Source of the DNA: an uncultured virus (IMG/VR IMGVR_UViG_3300020048_000119)
Lineage: Duplodnaviria; Heunggongvirae; Uroviricota; Caudoviricetes
Length of the DNA: 64,000 bases
IMG/VR virus record: IMGVR_UViG_3300020048_000119
Coordinates: 1-64,000 of that record
Reading direction: 5' to 3' (one strand)
Under the pieces are notes generated by a model. The model worked only from the letters and a program-made list of their open reading frames with translations, did not search any database and was not told the origin of the DNA. Shown here piece after piece: positions 31,366 through 38,839 of the stretch. A program made the position numbers and the translations under genes. Numbering within the stretch: position 1 is the first letter of the stretch; every line of letters begins with the position of its first letter.

Positions 31366-32258
31366 GAGTCTTCCCCCTTCACAAGCACGCGCGTTGCGGT
31401 TTCTACTGTTACTTCTCTTCCCTCAAACACACCCGCTCCTCGCAGAATGGCCGCTATAGTCGCTATGTCCTCAGGCTTAGTCAGTGTATGTGTCCTAGTA
31501 TCGTTTTCTACTATTGCTGGTTGGTTTACTTTCTCCTCAGTCATAGTCACAATCTTCCTCTCTAGGTCAGTCGCCACTTTGAAGAGGTTTACGATCTCGC
31601 CGGGCCGAAGCGTTTTAGGATCTATGATGTCTATTGCTTCGCTTAACTTCTTTAAGAGCCTTCCAGACATGTCTTGCTGCTTGGTATTCATCTCCCGGAC
31701 TGCTTCTACTCGCTCTGTCTGAATTCCAGCATCGCAGAAGCGGGCCCAGGCCATTATGCGGATCTTATAGCTCCAACGTTGCGCTGCATTAACTACTGTG
31801 CCACTTGCGTAGCCTGTTTTTTCAGCTAATTCACTATATGTAGGTAGTTTAAGCGGATAATAGCTCCTATAAGCCTCCCAGATCCTCCAATCTGTATCGG
31901 ATTCTTCTGGTTGACGCTCAAAATACTCCAAACCATATTCTTTGGCTAATTCCATCCATGTACTGTTAGTTTTCTTCGCAAGATTGGTTTGTTTATCATC
32001 CAGAATGGCACAATGCACACACAAATGAGGCTTTTCTTTGGACGGTCTTTCTGTCGTATCACAGTTTTCACATTTCCAATCACTCTCTTTAAGTGCTACG
32101 TAGGCGCCTATTTCTACTGCTTTAGCTTTCTGCTCTGCCGATAAGTGGAGGGGCAAAGCTTTTTCAGGCCATAATGGGTCTGGATGTAGAGGCGTTCGCG
32201 AGTCTTTTTCTCGTTGCGCATCTACTATTTTGTCTATTATCTTGTCCATTGCAATCAC
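31362..32258 (-). CDS. Probable terminase small subunit
   Basis: First gene of the packaging operon. Zn finger, then ERQPEES...W..YR, an HTH-like YSELAEKTG and a coiled coil. Confidence 0.65.
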   Translation of the reverse strand: MIAMDKIIDKIVDAQREKDSRTPLHPDPLWPEKALPLHLSAEQKAKAVEIGAYVALKESDWKCENCDTTERPSKEKPHLCVHCAILDDKQTNLAKKTNSTWMELAKEYGLEYFERQPEESDTDWRIWEAYRSYYPLKLPTYSELAEKTGYASGTVVNAAQRWSYKIRIMAWARFCDAGIQTERVEAVREMNTKQQDMSGRLLKKLSEAIDIIDPKTLRPGEIVNLFKVATDLERKIVTMTEEKVNQPAIVENDTRTHTLTKPEDIATIAAILRGAGVFEGREVTVETATRVLVKGEDS

Positions 32259-32260
32259 CT

Positions 32261-32300
32261 CTACTATATAATACGTGTTTATGAGACCTTTGGTACCAGC
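32261..32300 (-). promoter_or_regulatory. Putative late promoter
   Basis: GCTGGTAC-N16-ACGTATTATATAGTAG directly upstream of the packaging operon. Confidence 0.65.
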
Positions 32301-32505
32301 CTTTTTGCATATTTTTAGCCTAATTTTTCATATTGGGGCTTTATATGCTTCGTGATGTCGCTATTTTCTAATATTTGAACTATTTGTGGTTATGGGGATG
32401 GAATTAGGAGTGGAATGGACTATCGGCTTGGGCATTCGAGGGCCGGTATAGGACATATGCAACACAGCTATGATCCATAATATTTGAACATGAAAGGACG
32501 TGTAA

Positions 32506-32943
32506 ATGATGTTAAAAATCTATTTCGATCTTGACGGTACTGTTTATGACCTGTACTCCGTTGCTAATTGGGAGTACAAGCTAAGGCATAGTGATGCCTC
32601 TGTGTTTACAGATGGCAGAGCTATGACTGACATGGCAGTACTAGGTAAAAGATTACAAGATGTAGAGATAGGTGTAATAACATGGCTGCCTAAAGAGAGC
32701 ACTCAGGAATACAGGGATGAATGTACACAAAAGAAACTGTATTGGATAGCAGAAAACATGCCGTATGTAACAGAGATACATGTACTAGAGTACGGTACAC
32801 CAAAGCATAGTGTAGGTACGATAGAGGATATACTAGTAGATGATAATGCTAAGGTATTAGAAGATTGGATAGCAGCAGGTAGAAAGGTTATAGATGCCAA
32901 GTATATAGATATCATAGACGAAAAGATAAAGGAGGTGATATAG
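32506..32943 (+). CDS. HAD-family 5'(3')-deoxyribonucleotidase-like protein
   Basis: YFDLDGT motif I, K..WI, and ILVDDN motif IV. Confidence 0.8.
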   Translation: MMLKIYFDLDGTVYDLYSVANWEYKLRHSDASVFTDGRAMTDMAVLGKRLQDVEIGVITWLPKESTQEYRDECTQKKLYWIAENMPYVTEIHVLEYGTPKHSVGTIEDILVDDNAKVLEDWIAAGRKVIDAKYIDIIDEKIKEVI

Positions 32944-33069
32944 ATGAAGGTAAGAAAAGGAAGCATAGCGTACTACGCCTGCAAAGGTAAGTACGCTATA
33001 GCTACGGCAGTAATGCTGTATGTAGGTTACATGGCCTGCATGCACATTGCTATCGTAGCTACTAGGTAG
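32944..33069 (+). CDS. 41-aa basic/hydrophobic peptide (not in the ORF track)
   Basis: RBS AAGGAGGTGA; MKVRKGSIAYYACKGKYAIATAVMLYVGYMACMHIAIVATR*. Confidence 0.55.
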   Translation: MKVRKGSIAYYACKGKYAIATAVMLYVGYMACMHIAIVATR

Positions 33070-33174
33070 TAGTTAGGGGACATGTCTTAGGACGTGTCTC
33101 TTATAGTACTACTTAGTACTAAAGAACCTTGGCAACTGAATAATACGATGGGCATTCGAAAGGATGTAACTAAA

Positions 33175-33498
33175 ATGGAACTAACAAAGAAAATGATTAG
33201 ATATCTACTGATTAAACTAGATAAAGTAGATAGCTACTGCAGACAAAGCTTCCATGATGAACTTGTAAGCAGACTAACAGAAGATCTAATAGATGCTGAG
33301 GCAAAAAGACTAGCAACTAAAGCAGCATATAATAGAGCGTCTAGGGGTGCATACATACAGAAGAATCAGTACCTATTTAAGCAGTTCATGGAAGCTAAGT
33401 ACGATCCTGATCTTGCTGAAGAACTGCCTACTAATCCATATGTGCTAGAACAGTTGCTTATAGCAAGAGCAGAAATGGGTAAGCAGTATGTTAAATAG
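33175..33498 (+). CDS. Hypothetical early protein
   Basis: Start moved to MELTKK, which follows GAAAGGA. Confidence 0.7.
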   Translation: MELTKKMIRYLLIKLDKVDSYCRQSFHDELVSRLTEDLIDAEAKRLATKAAYNRASRGAYIQKNQYLFKQFMEAKYDPDLAEELPTNPYVLEQLLIARAEMGKQYVK

Positions 33499-33760
33499 TA
33501 AAGAGATTGAGATCCTTAATCGTATGCTTGATGAGGCATATCCACAACCTATGTCTAATGTACTACTGTGGGCTGTTAAAGGTCTAACAGACGCTAGAGA
33601 TAAGATGATTGCAAATAACTGTTGTATAACAATAGGTGATGAACCTATAGATAATCAGTTCATAAAGGCAATGCAAAAGTGTGAGAATGCATTAGAAGCA
33701 GAAAGTAAAAGAGCTAGAGAAGAAGCTGACAGACTATACTACGCGCAGTATAAGAAATAG
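33488..33760 (+). CDS. Hypothetical early protein
   Basis: Overlaps the previous gene's stop (translational coupling). Confidence 0.65.
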   Translation: MLNSKEIEILNRMLDEAYPQPMSNVLLWAVKGLTDARDKMIANNCCITIGDEPIDNQFIKAMQKCENALEAESKRAREEADRLYYAQYKK

Positions 33761-33800
33761 TTAAAACTACTAGCCCATCGTATTATTCAGTTGCCAAAAG

Positions 33801-34120
33801 CACATTGATAACTACATAGCCCAGCAAGGTATACTAAAAGGAGTATACTATGAAACTATCATTAAGAGAAGCTAAGGTTATAGCTTTAACCTTAGACTAT
33901 GCACTGTACCAGATTGACTCATCACATGTTGATGTGTTAGAAACTACTAAGAAGAGATCATCACAGATGGATGAGCTGGCAAGACTACTACTTAAAATAA
34001 GAAAAGAATATGACATGGACTATGACCTAGACTTTGGTTATAGGTTAGCTGGACTAGAAGAGTTACTGTTAAAATAAGTTAAAACTACGGGCCTTGCTGG
34101 GCTATGTAGCTACCAATGTG
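33801..34120 (+). repeat. Inverted-repeat pair 2 (27/29) enclosing one gene
   Basis: CACATTGATAACTACATAGCCCAGCAAGG at 33801-33829 versus CCTTGCTGGGCTATGTAGCTACCAATGTG at 34092-34120. Confidence 0.95.
33850..34077 (+). CDS. Hypothetical early protein
   Basis: RBS AAAGGAG. Confidence 0.7.
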   Translation: MKLSLREAKVIALTLDYALYQIDSSHVDVLETTKKRSSQMDELARLLLKIRKEYDMDYDLDFGYRLAGLEELLLK

Positions 34121-34128
34121 TAGCTTAC

Positions 34129-34750
34129 CTTGACAACTTAATATTGCCCTACGTAGAAAGTGAAACTGAAATGAAACAAATACTACTACCTGACTGGCAA
34201 GATGTAATGGACCATCCAGAAGACAGACTACACTATCACAAAGCACACTTTAACTATGGTTTAGATGCTCTTGAAGCCTATACCAAAGATATGCTAAAAG
34301 AAGCAGCTACTAGACAAGATGCAGAAATGATTCGTCTAGTTGCTGATAGCATGGTAAAATGTTTCAATCAACTATACTGCGATGTTAACCAAGGCTTCCC
34401 TGGATATGGTCCAGCAGAATGGCCATGCAAATCAGATAAGCCATCCCTTGTGAAAACATTCATGAATAAAAACAGAGAGGAGTTTATAAAGATAAGGGAT
34501 AACACTACTGAGTATGACTGGCTAGTATACATGGATAATCTACTGGAGAACGAACCATATACTGATAAGGACATATTTGGTGTGCTTGGTAGCCTGCTAC
34601 TGACCTATGACAATCTACCTGATGATTGTGTAGATGAGAAAACAATGACAGACTACCTGATCATAGAGCTCAACCATGCCATAGTTGAGATGTATGACAT
34701 ATAAGTTATAGCTAAGTAGTTAAATCGTAGGGCAATGTTAAGTTGTCAAG
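34129..34750 (+). repeat. Inverted-repeat pair 3 (24/25, one G-U wobble) enclosing one gene
   Basis: CTTGACAACTTAATATTGCCCTACG at 34129-34153 versus CGTAGGGCAATGTTAAGTTGTCAAG at 34726-34750. Confidence 0.95.
34171..34704 (+). CDS. Hypothetical acidic early protein
   Basis: Start moved to MKQILL, which follows AGAAAGTGA. Confidence 0.7.
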   Translation: MKQILLPDWQDVMDHPEDRLHYHKAHFNYGLDALEAYTKDMLKEAATRQDAEMIRLVADSMVKCFNQLYCDVNQGFPGYGPAEWPCKSDKPSLVKTFMNKNREEFIKIRDNTTEYDWLVYMDNLLENEPYTDKDIFGVLGSLLLTYDNLPDDCVDEKTMTDYLIIELNHAIVEMYDI

Positions 34751-34752
34751 AT

Positions 34753-34927
34753 GTACCTTTGAAAACTGAATAATCTCAGTGAAAAGCTTAATAGCTTACA
34801 TTGAGCTATCCTTTCAAAATATGAAAGGAGGTGATGCTTATAGTGTAAAACGGTCTGGTCGATTCCAATCCGTTAAAACTACCAGTATAGTGCATTAAAT
34901 TGCACATCTCTTGAAAGGAGAACTACA
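34753..34927 (+). promoter_or_regulatory. boxA-like site followed by a structured leader
   Basis: GTACCTTTGAAAACTGAATA, then four consecutive hairpins. Confidence 0.55.
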
Positions 34928-35617
34928 ATGAACGTTAAAAAGGTAAGAATCACTGAGGAACTCACTTGGAGCTCCCTGAAGGACAGATTCGTTATTGGTA
35001 ACTTCACCCATGAGGGTGTATCCCTGGCGATCAATCAGCTGAAGGATGCCATTGATAATGGTACCCTGTTGGCTATGGTTGTTAACTGCGCAGATAAAAT
35101 GCACGACGGTAACGTGACGGAGGTAGTAGAAGCTATTAAGAGAAATCTTAGCAGCAATGCTACCAACTTCAAGAAGAAGGAGTACAATCCTACTGCAGAT
35201 CAGGACAATCTTAGATTGTCTCTGCTTTGGAACTTCTTCGACGGTCTCTCCATCAAAGAGAAGAAGGTAACCGAAGGGCTACCTGAGACTCTTAAGGAGA
35301 AAGCTCTCTGGGCACTAACTACTGAGGAGATTGAAGGATTGGATAAGTCCAACTACAAGATCCTTGATAGCGTGTATCAGAACATGCAGAGTCATAAATC
35401 TAAGACTGGTAAGGAAGTAGTACTTGCTGCTGATCCTCAGTACCTAGATAGACTGGCCCTCATCTCCAAGTACAGGTCTGAATGTAGAGCTGCTGCTAAG
35501 AAGGCTGAGTCTGAAGTAGTAATACCTACTGAGCTTCTTACTAAGGCTGCTGCTGGAAAGCTTACCAAAGCTGATCAGGCTGAACTCAGTGAGTTCCTCA
35601 TGAGACTACGCAAGTAG
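34928..35617 (+). CDS. Hypothetical alpha-helical protein
   Basis: RBS GAAAGGAG; followed by a terminator. Confidence 0.8.
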   Translation: MNVKKVRITEELTWSSLKDRFVIGNFTHEGVSLAINQLKDAIDNGTLLAMVVNCADKMHDGNVTEVVEAIKRNLSSNATNFKKKEYNPTADQDNLRLSLLWNFFDGLSIKEKKVTEGLPETLKEKALWALTTEEIEGLDKSNYKILDSVYQNMQSHKSKTGKEVVLAADPQYLDRLALISKYRSECRAAAKKAESEVVIPTELLTKAAAGKLTKADQAELSEFLMRLRK

Positions 35618-35631
35618 TCTAAACTAAGAAC

Positions 35632-35669
35632 AGGGTATAGGTTAGTAATAATCTATACCCTTTCTTTTT
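35632..35669 (+). terminator. Rho-independent terminator
   Basis: AGGGTATAG/CTATACCCT stem followed by TTCTTTTT. Confidence 0.85.
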
Positions 35670-35822
35670 ATCCGCGGCGCGGCGCCGAGCCGATCGGAAC
35701 CAGAACGTTACTGACGTTATCGGCAAGAGCAATACTCCGTAAAGCCGGCTCCCGGTATTAAAACGCACCGTACATTCCAGGCTCAGGTCCGCGGAACGGT
35801 GTCGTTCCATCTTCGATAAAAA

Positions 35823-35853
35823 GGCATACACACCGCCTTATATATAGTATATT
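35823..35853 (+). promoter_or_regulatory. Phage promoter family A, copy 1
   Basis: GG-CATACA-N17-TATATT. Confidence 0.7.
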
Positions 35854-35942
35854 ATAATTAGGAGAAGAACTGATGATCTCCGACTGGGAACAATAATGTC
35901 CACAGTATCAATGTCCGACTACCTTGAAAGGAAGTGTACCAA

Positions 35943-36689
35943 ATGGCTAAGAACGTATCCGAAATCAACCCGTTCGACTTCGCGTCGACAACTACAACAG
36001 AGAGCAATGTCCGTAAGCTCGATCACACAGCAATGTTGATCAGCACATCCAGAGCAAGAGCGATCAGCGTGATCAAGACCGTCAAAGACGGTTCACTCGA
36101 GCTCAAAGAACTGGCAAACAAAATGATGATCGACGGCATACCATCCGATCTCATCTCACTGATCAACCTGACCATCACCGAGGACGACATAAAAGAAGAT
36201 GCCAAGCTCCTGTCAACTGCAAGCGAAGAAGAACTGAGCCGCTTGTTAGAGTCAAGACGATCAGACAGAAGCAAGCTCAAGGCCAAGGGACTCAGAACAA
36301 GCTTGGATGTCACAACCGGTTACATTGCAGCAATGTACGCCGAACTACTGGTCAGAGAAGCTTGGAACAAGCCTTATGCAGCGGCTGACACCACAGTGTT
36401 CGACTCCGACGATCAGGACGCCATCAAGAAGAAGATCAAATCGCTCCAGTCCAAAAAGTGTCGACTAGCCAAGACCGCTGAATATGTGCCTGCCGACAAA
36501 GTAGAGCTCGAAGCCACAGTTGAGGAAATCAACAGGCTGTCCGCTCTAAGACCCACCGGATCGATTACGTCCAAGACGATCATCAAAAGCGAAGACGCTG
36601 AGTTGATCAGAGCTGCGATCGCCAACATGAATATCGACGAACTGCCTGCCGATCAGCAGGAAGCATTCAAGAGACTGATGGCAATCTAA
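35943..36689 (+). CDS. Hypothetical alpha-helical protein
   Basis: Has its own promoter, RBS GAAAGGAAG and a terminator; start at MAKNV. Confidence 0.8.
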   Translation: MAKNVSEINPFDFASTTTTESNVRKLDHTAMLISTSRARAISVIKTVKDGSLELKELANKMMIDGIPSDLISLINLTITEDDIKEDAKLLSTASEEELSRLLESRRSDRSKLKAKGLRTSLDVTTGYIAAMYAELLVREAWNKPYAAADTTVFDSDDQDAIKKKIKSLQSKKCRLAKTAEYVPADKVELEATVEEINRLSALRPTGSITSKTIIKSEDAELIRAAIANMNIDELPADQQEAFKRLMAI

Positions 36690-36703
36690 GCCAAGCAAGT
36701 CTG

Positions 36704-36738
36704 AAAAGAAGCCCGCCTTCATGGTGGGTTTTCTTTTT
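36704..36738 (+). terminator. Rho-independent terminator
   Basis: AAGCCCGCC-TTCAT-GGTGGGTTT followed by TCTTTTT. Confidence 0.85.
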
Positions 36739-36798
36739 GGCCCTGTCAGCCGGAATGCGCCGAGCCGATGGGCCTACTGATTAACTTAAACGGAGGGT

Positions 36799-37065
36799 AT
36801 GATAATGAACATAGAAAAGGTTAAGGAACTGATAGAGGCTAAAAGCCCCAAGAGTTCCAGGGATAAAAAGCTAATCGCGCTGTACGACCTACGTAGACAA
36901 GCAAGCGATGAGTATCTGGCACTACGCGATGCGAAATCCAATGGATGCTGCTCGGGTAAAAGCCTGTGGCAAGTGTTGGCGTATGACGAACTCATAAATG
37001 ATGCGGCCCGCGGCTGCCTGTACTTAGATGGCATGATCGACGGCATATTGAACGGAGGCGAGTAA
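36799..37065 (+). CDS. Hypothetical protein
   Basis: RBS GGAGGG. Confidence 0.65.
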   Translation: MIMNIEKVKELIEAKSPKSSRDKKLIALYDLRRQASDEYLALRDAKSNGCCSGKSLWQVLAYDELINDAARGCLYLDGMIDGILNGGE

Positions 37066-37066
37066 C

Positions 37067-37381
37067 ATGGCTAGTAGCTATGTAGTGACAGTCTGTAGTG
37101 AATACCCGATCCACGAGGCTGCTGAAGGAGGGTACTACTATGCTGGTATACATGCCAGTAAGTGGGTCATCTGTAAAAGAATGAAGACTGCCCGCAAGCT
37201 ATTCAAGCAGTGGGCCCGCGAGTATGGATATGACATGGGACGCAAGATCAAGGGACAGACCAAGCGCCGCTACCATGAAGCTGTAGAGCTGCCGCTGTCC
37301 CACTACATTGGCGAGAACTGCTACATTGTAATGCAGGGCGGCAATCGCCCATATGAGAGTGGGTGGCATCCATATGAGTAG
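37067..37381 (+). CDS. Hypothetical protein
   Basis: RBS GGAGG; aromatic-rich with an AEGGYYY motif. Confidence 0.7.
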   Translation: MASSYVVTVCSEYPIHEAAEGGYYYAGIHASKWVICKRMKTARKLFKQWAREYGYDMGRKIKGQTKRRYHEAVELPLSHYIGENCYIVMQGGNRPYESGWHPYE

Positions 37382-37592
37382 AGTTAAGAACCACCCATGC
37401 GACTTGGGTGACTGTCCGTTCGGCGCGCATGGTGGCATGGACTGTTATAACTACTGTGGGTTGGGTGCTGACGAGGACAGCGGGCGCGAATACGATGAGC
37501 CCACGTTTGAGGATGTCTACAACAGCCAAGAGATAGTAGTAGATAGAGACGACCCGACCGATATCCGGTCTATCCCGCTGCTGTGGCGATAA
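37374..37592 (+). CDS. Small Cys-rich acidic protein
   Basis: Start at MSRVKN overlapping the previous stop; C-x4-C...C-x3-C. Confidence 0.55.
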   Translation: MSRVKNHPCDLGDCPFGAHGGMDCYNYCGLGADEDSGREYDEPTFEDVYNSQEIVVDRDDPTDIRSIPLLWR

Positions 37593-37612
37593 GAACTGAA
37601 TAGATAAAAGCT

Positions 37613-37653
37613 GAAGGACTGCTAGTGAGTGATTGCTGGCAGTCCTTCTTTTT
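37613..37653 (+). terminator. Rho-independent terminator ending the plus-strand block
   Basis: GAAGGACTGCTAG/CTGGCAGTCCTTC stem followed by TTTTT. Confidence 0.88.
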
Positions 37654-37789
37654 ACGTTGCATGGGCTGTGGAGCTGAGCGCTCTGAGCAGTAGGTGGGCT
37701 GGCGGTCCTGCATGATTTTCGGGCTATTTTCAATTGTTTTTAGCATAAACGACCAGGCTGTAAACAAATAGTTCCATTGACCCTTATTT

Positions 37790-38210
37790 CAAATCCGTAT
37801 ACGGGTTATTGTAAGATTGTAAGATTGTAAGATTGTAAGATTTGTAAGATTGTAAGATTTGTGGGGTATATAGGGCCCTGAAAATATTTACAACGATTTC
37901 TTCTTTTCCATTTTAGTTTCGCCCGCTCTGTCTCATTCCTACTATGACTAGTTTCATCTTTCTATTCTACTGTCAATCTATGCTTATTATTATATCTATT
38001 ATATTATATTTTATTGAAAAAGGCGTAATAAGGTATAGAAGTAGAATCACAGGTATTCGCCCACAGACGTATGCAGTAGTTCTCACTAGCATGTCAGTTT
38101 TCCACTTTTCACATTTTTTACATACCCTATATACCCCACAAATCTTACAATCTTACAAATCTTACAATCTTACAATCTTACAATCTTACAATAACCCGTA
38201 TACGGATTTG
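37790..38210. repeat. Perfect 86-bp inverted repeat with tandem TTGTAAGA iterons (candidate origin)
   Basis: 37790-37875 is the exact reverse complement of 38125-38210, with a 249-bp spacer containing an AT-rich core. Confidence 0.95.
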
Positions 38211-38220
38211 TTTTTGAATG

Positions 38221-38248
38221 AAAAAGGACAGCATCACTGCTGCCCCTT
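38221..38248 (-). terminator. Rho-independent terminator ending the minus-strand block
   Basis: GGGGCAGCA-GTGA-TGCTGTCC followed by TTTTT on the minus strand. Confidence 0.8.
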
Positions 38249-38266
38249 AGGAATATTAGTAGTTAA

Positions 38267-38530
38267 TCAGCTAAGACCGCCATCCAGATAGCACATTGTC
38301 AGTAGAACAATGAAGACTATCAGCATCACGGCATGCGATTTTTGATAGAACCTAATCGCTTTCCTGCCTTCAACGTCAGCCATCAACTCACGCCTCAACT
38401 CTGGATTGGCACAAACTGCTAGATAAACATTCAAGTAGGTAAAGTAGGTATTGAACCAGTTCATAGGACCGAGTCCTTTAGCTGGATAACGCATTTGCTT
38501 TGCAAAGTGTTGATTAAACATGCGCTTCAA
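38267..38530 (-). CDS. Hypothetical protein with a C-terminal TM helix
   Basis: RBS AAGGAGGG; hydrophobic VMLIVFIVLLTMC. Confidence 0.6.
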   Translation of the reverse strand: MKRMFNQHFAKQMRYPAKGLGPMNWFNTYFTYLNVYLAVCANPELRRELMADVEGRKAIRFYQKSHAVMLIVFIVLLTMCYLDGGLS

Positions 38531-38828
38531 CCCTCCTTCTTAGCTCTTGCCAGTCCTCAATGTAGTCAATAATGTCTGGCAACATGCTCATATCAAAGGT
38601 ATCTTCACCTGTCTCATCATCAGTTGTTGTTCCGCCATGAAAGTAGTTCACATATGTGTATGGCACATAGCTAAACTCATCAACTTCTAGATCTTCAGGC
38701 GGTTCTTTTGGGTCAAGCATTATAACTACTATATCAGACCCGTAGTTATATGATGCAGTGAATGTATCATCTGAGTCTGTGTCTTTCACCTGTATCCACA
38801 AATGACCGCTGTCTTTTAACTCTAGCAT
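38514..38828 (-). CDS. Hypothetical acidic protein
   Basis: RBS AGGAGG; D/E-rich. Confidence 0.65.
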   Translation of the reverse strand: MLELKDSGHLWIQVKDTDSDDTFTASYNYGSDIVVIMLDPKEPPEDLEVDEFSYVPYTYVNYFHGGTTTDDETGEDTFDMSMLPDIIDYIEDWQELRRRVEAHV

Positions 38829-38839
38829 AGTAGATCCTC

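Larger units (their letters stand above)
33129..33797 (+). repeat. Inverted-repeat pair 1 (25/25) enclosing two genes
   Basis: TTGGCAACTGAATAATACGATGGGC at 33129-33153; exact reverse complement at 33773-33797. Confidence 0.95.

Noticed and set aside
37..31722. Numerous plus-strand ORFs over the structural module
   Set aside because: They are antisense shadows of long minus-strand genes, with no RBS and Ser/Leu-rich composition.
33129..34750. Integron cassettes or IS/MITE elements
   Set aside because: There is no integrase or transposase in the window and no target-site duplications. The IRs enclose whole genes rather than forming attC hairpins, and GTTAAAA does not fit GTTRRRY.
35870..35930. 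Hammerhead ribozyme (CTGATGA core)
   Set aside because: There is no correctly placed GAAA after a stem II and no stem III/NUH site; a simple 5' hairpin explains the sequence.
32377..37774. 11-bp inverted match GAACTATTTGT/ACAAATAGTTC bracketing the plus-strand block (possible inversion ends)
   Set aside because: The match is short and AT-rich, so chance cannot be excluded, and no invertase was seen.
37809..37860. Possible CRISPR array
   Set aside because: The units are 8-9 bp and contiguous, with no unique spacers and no cas genes.
37944..38291. 115-aa plus-strand ORF across the inverted repeat
   Set aside because: It has no RBS, translates the iterons (LQSY repeats) and lies downstream of a terminator.
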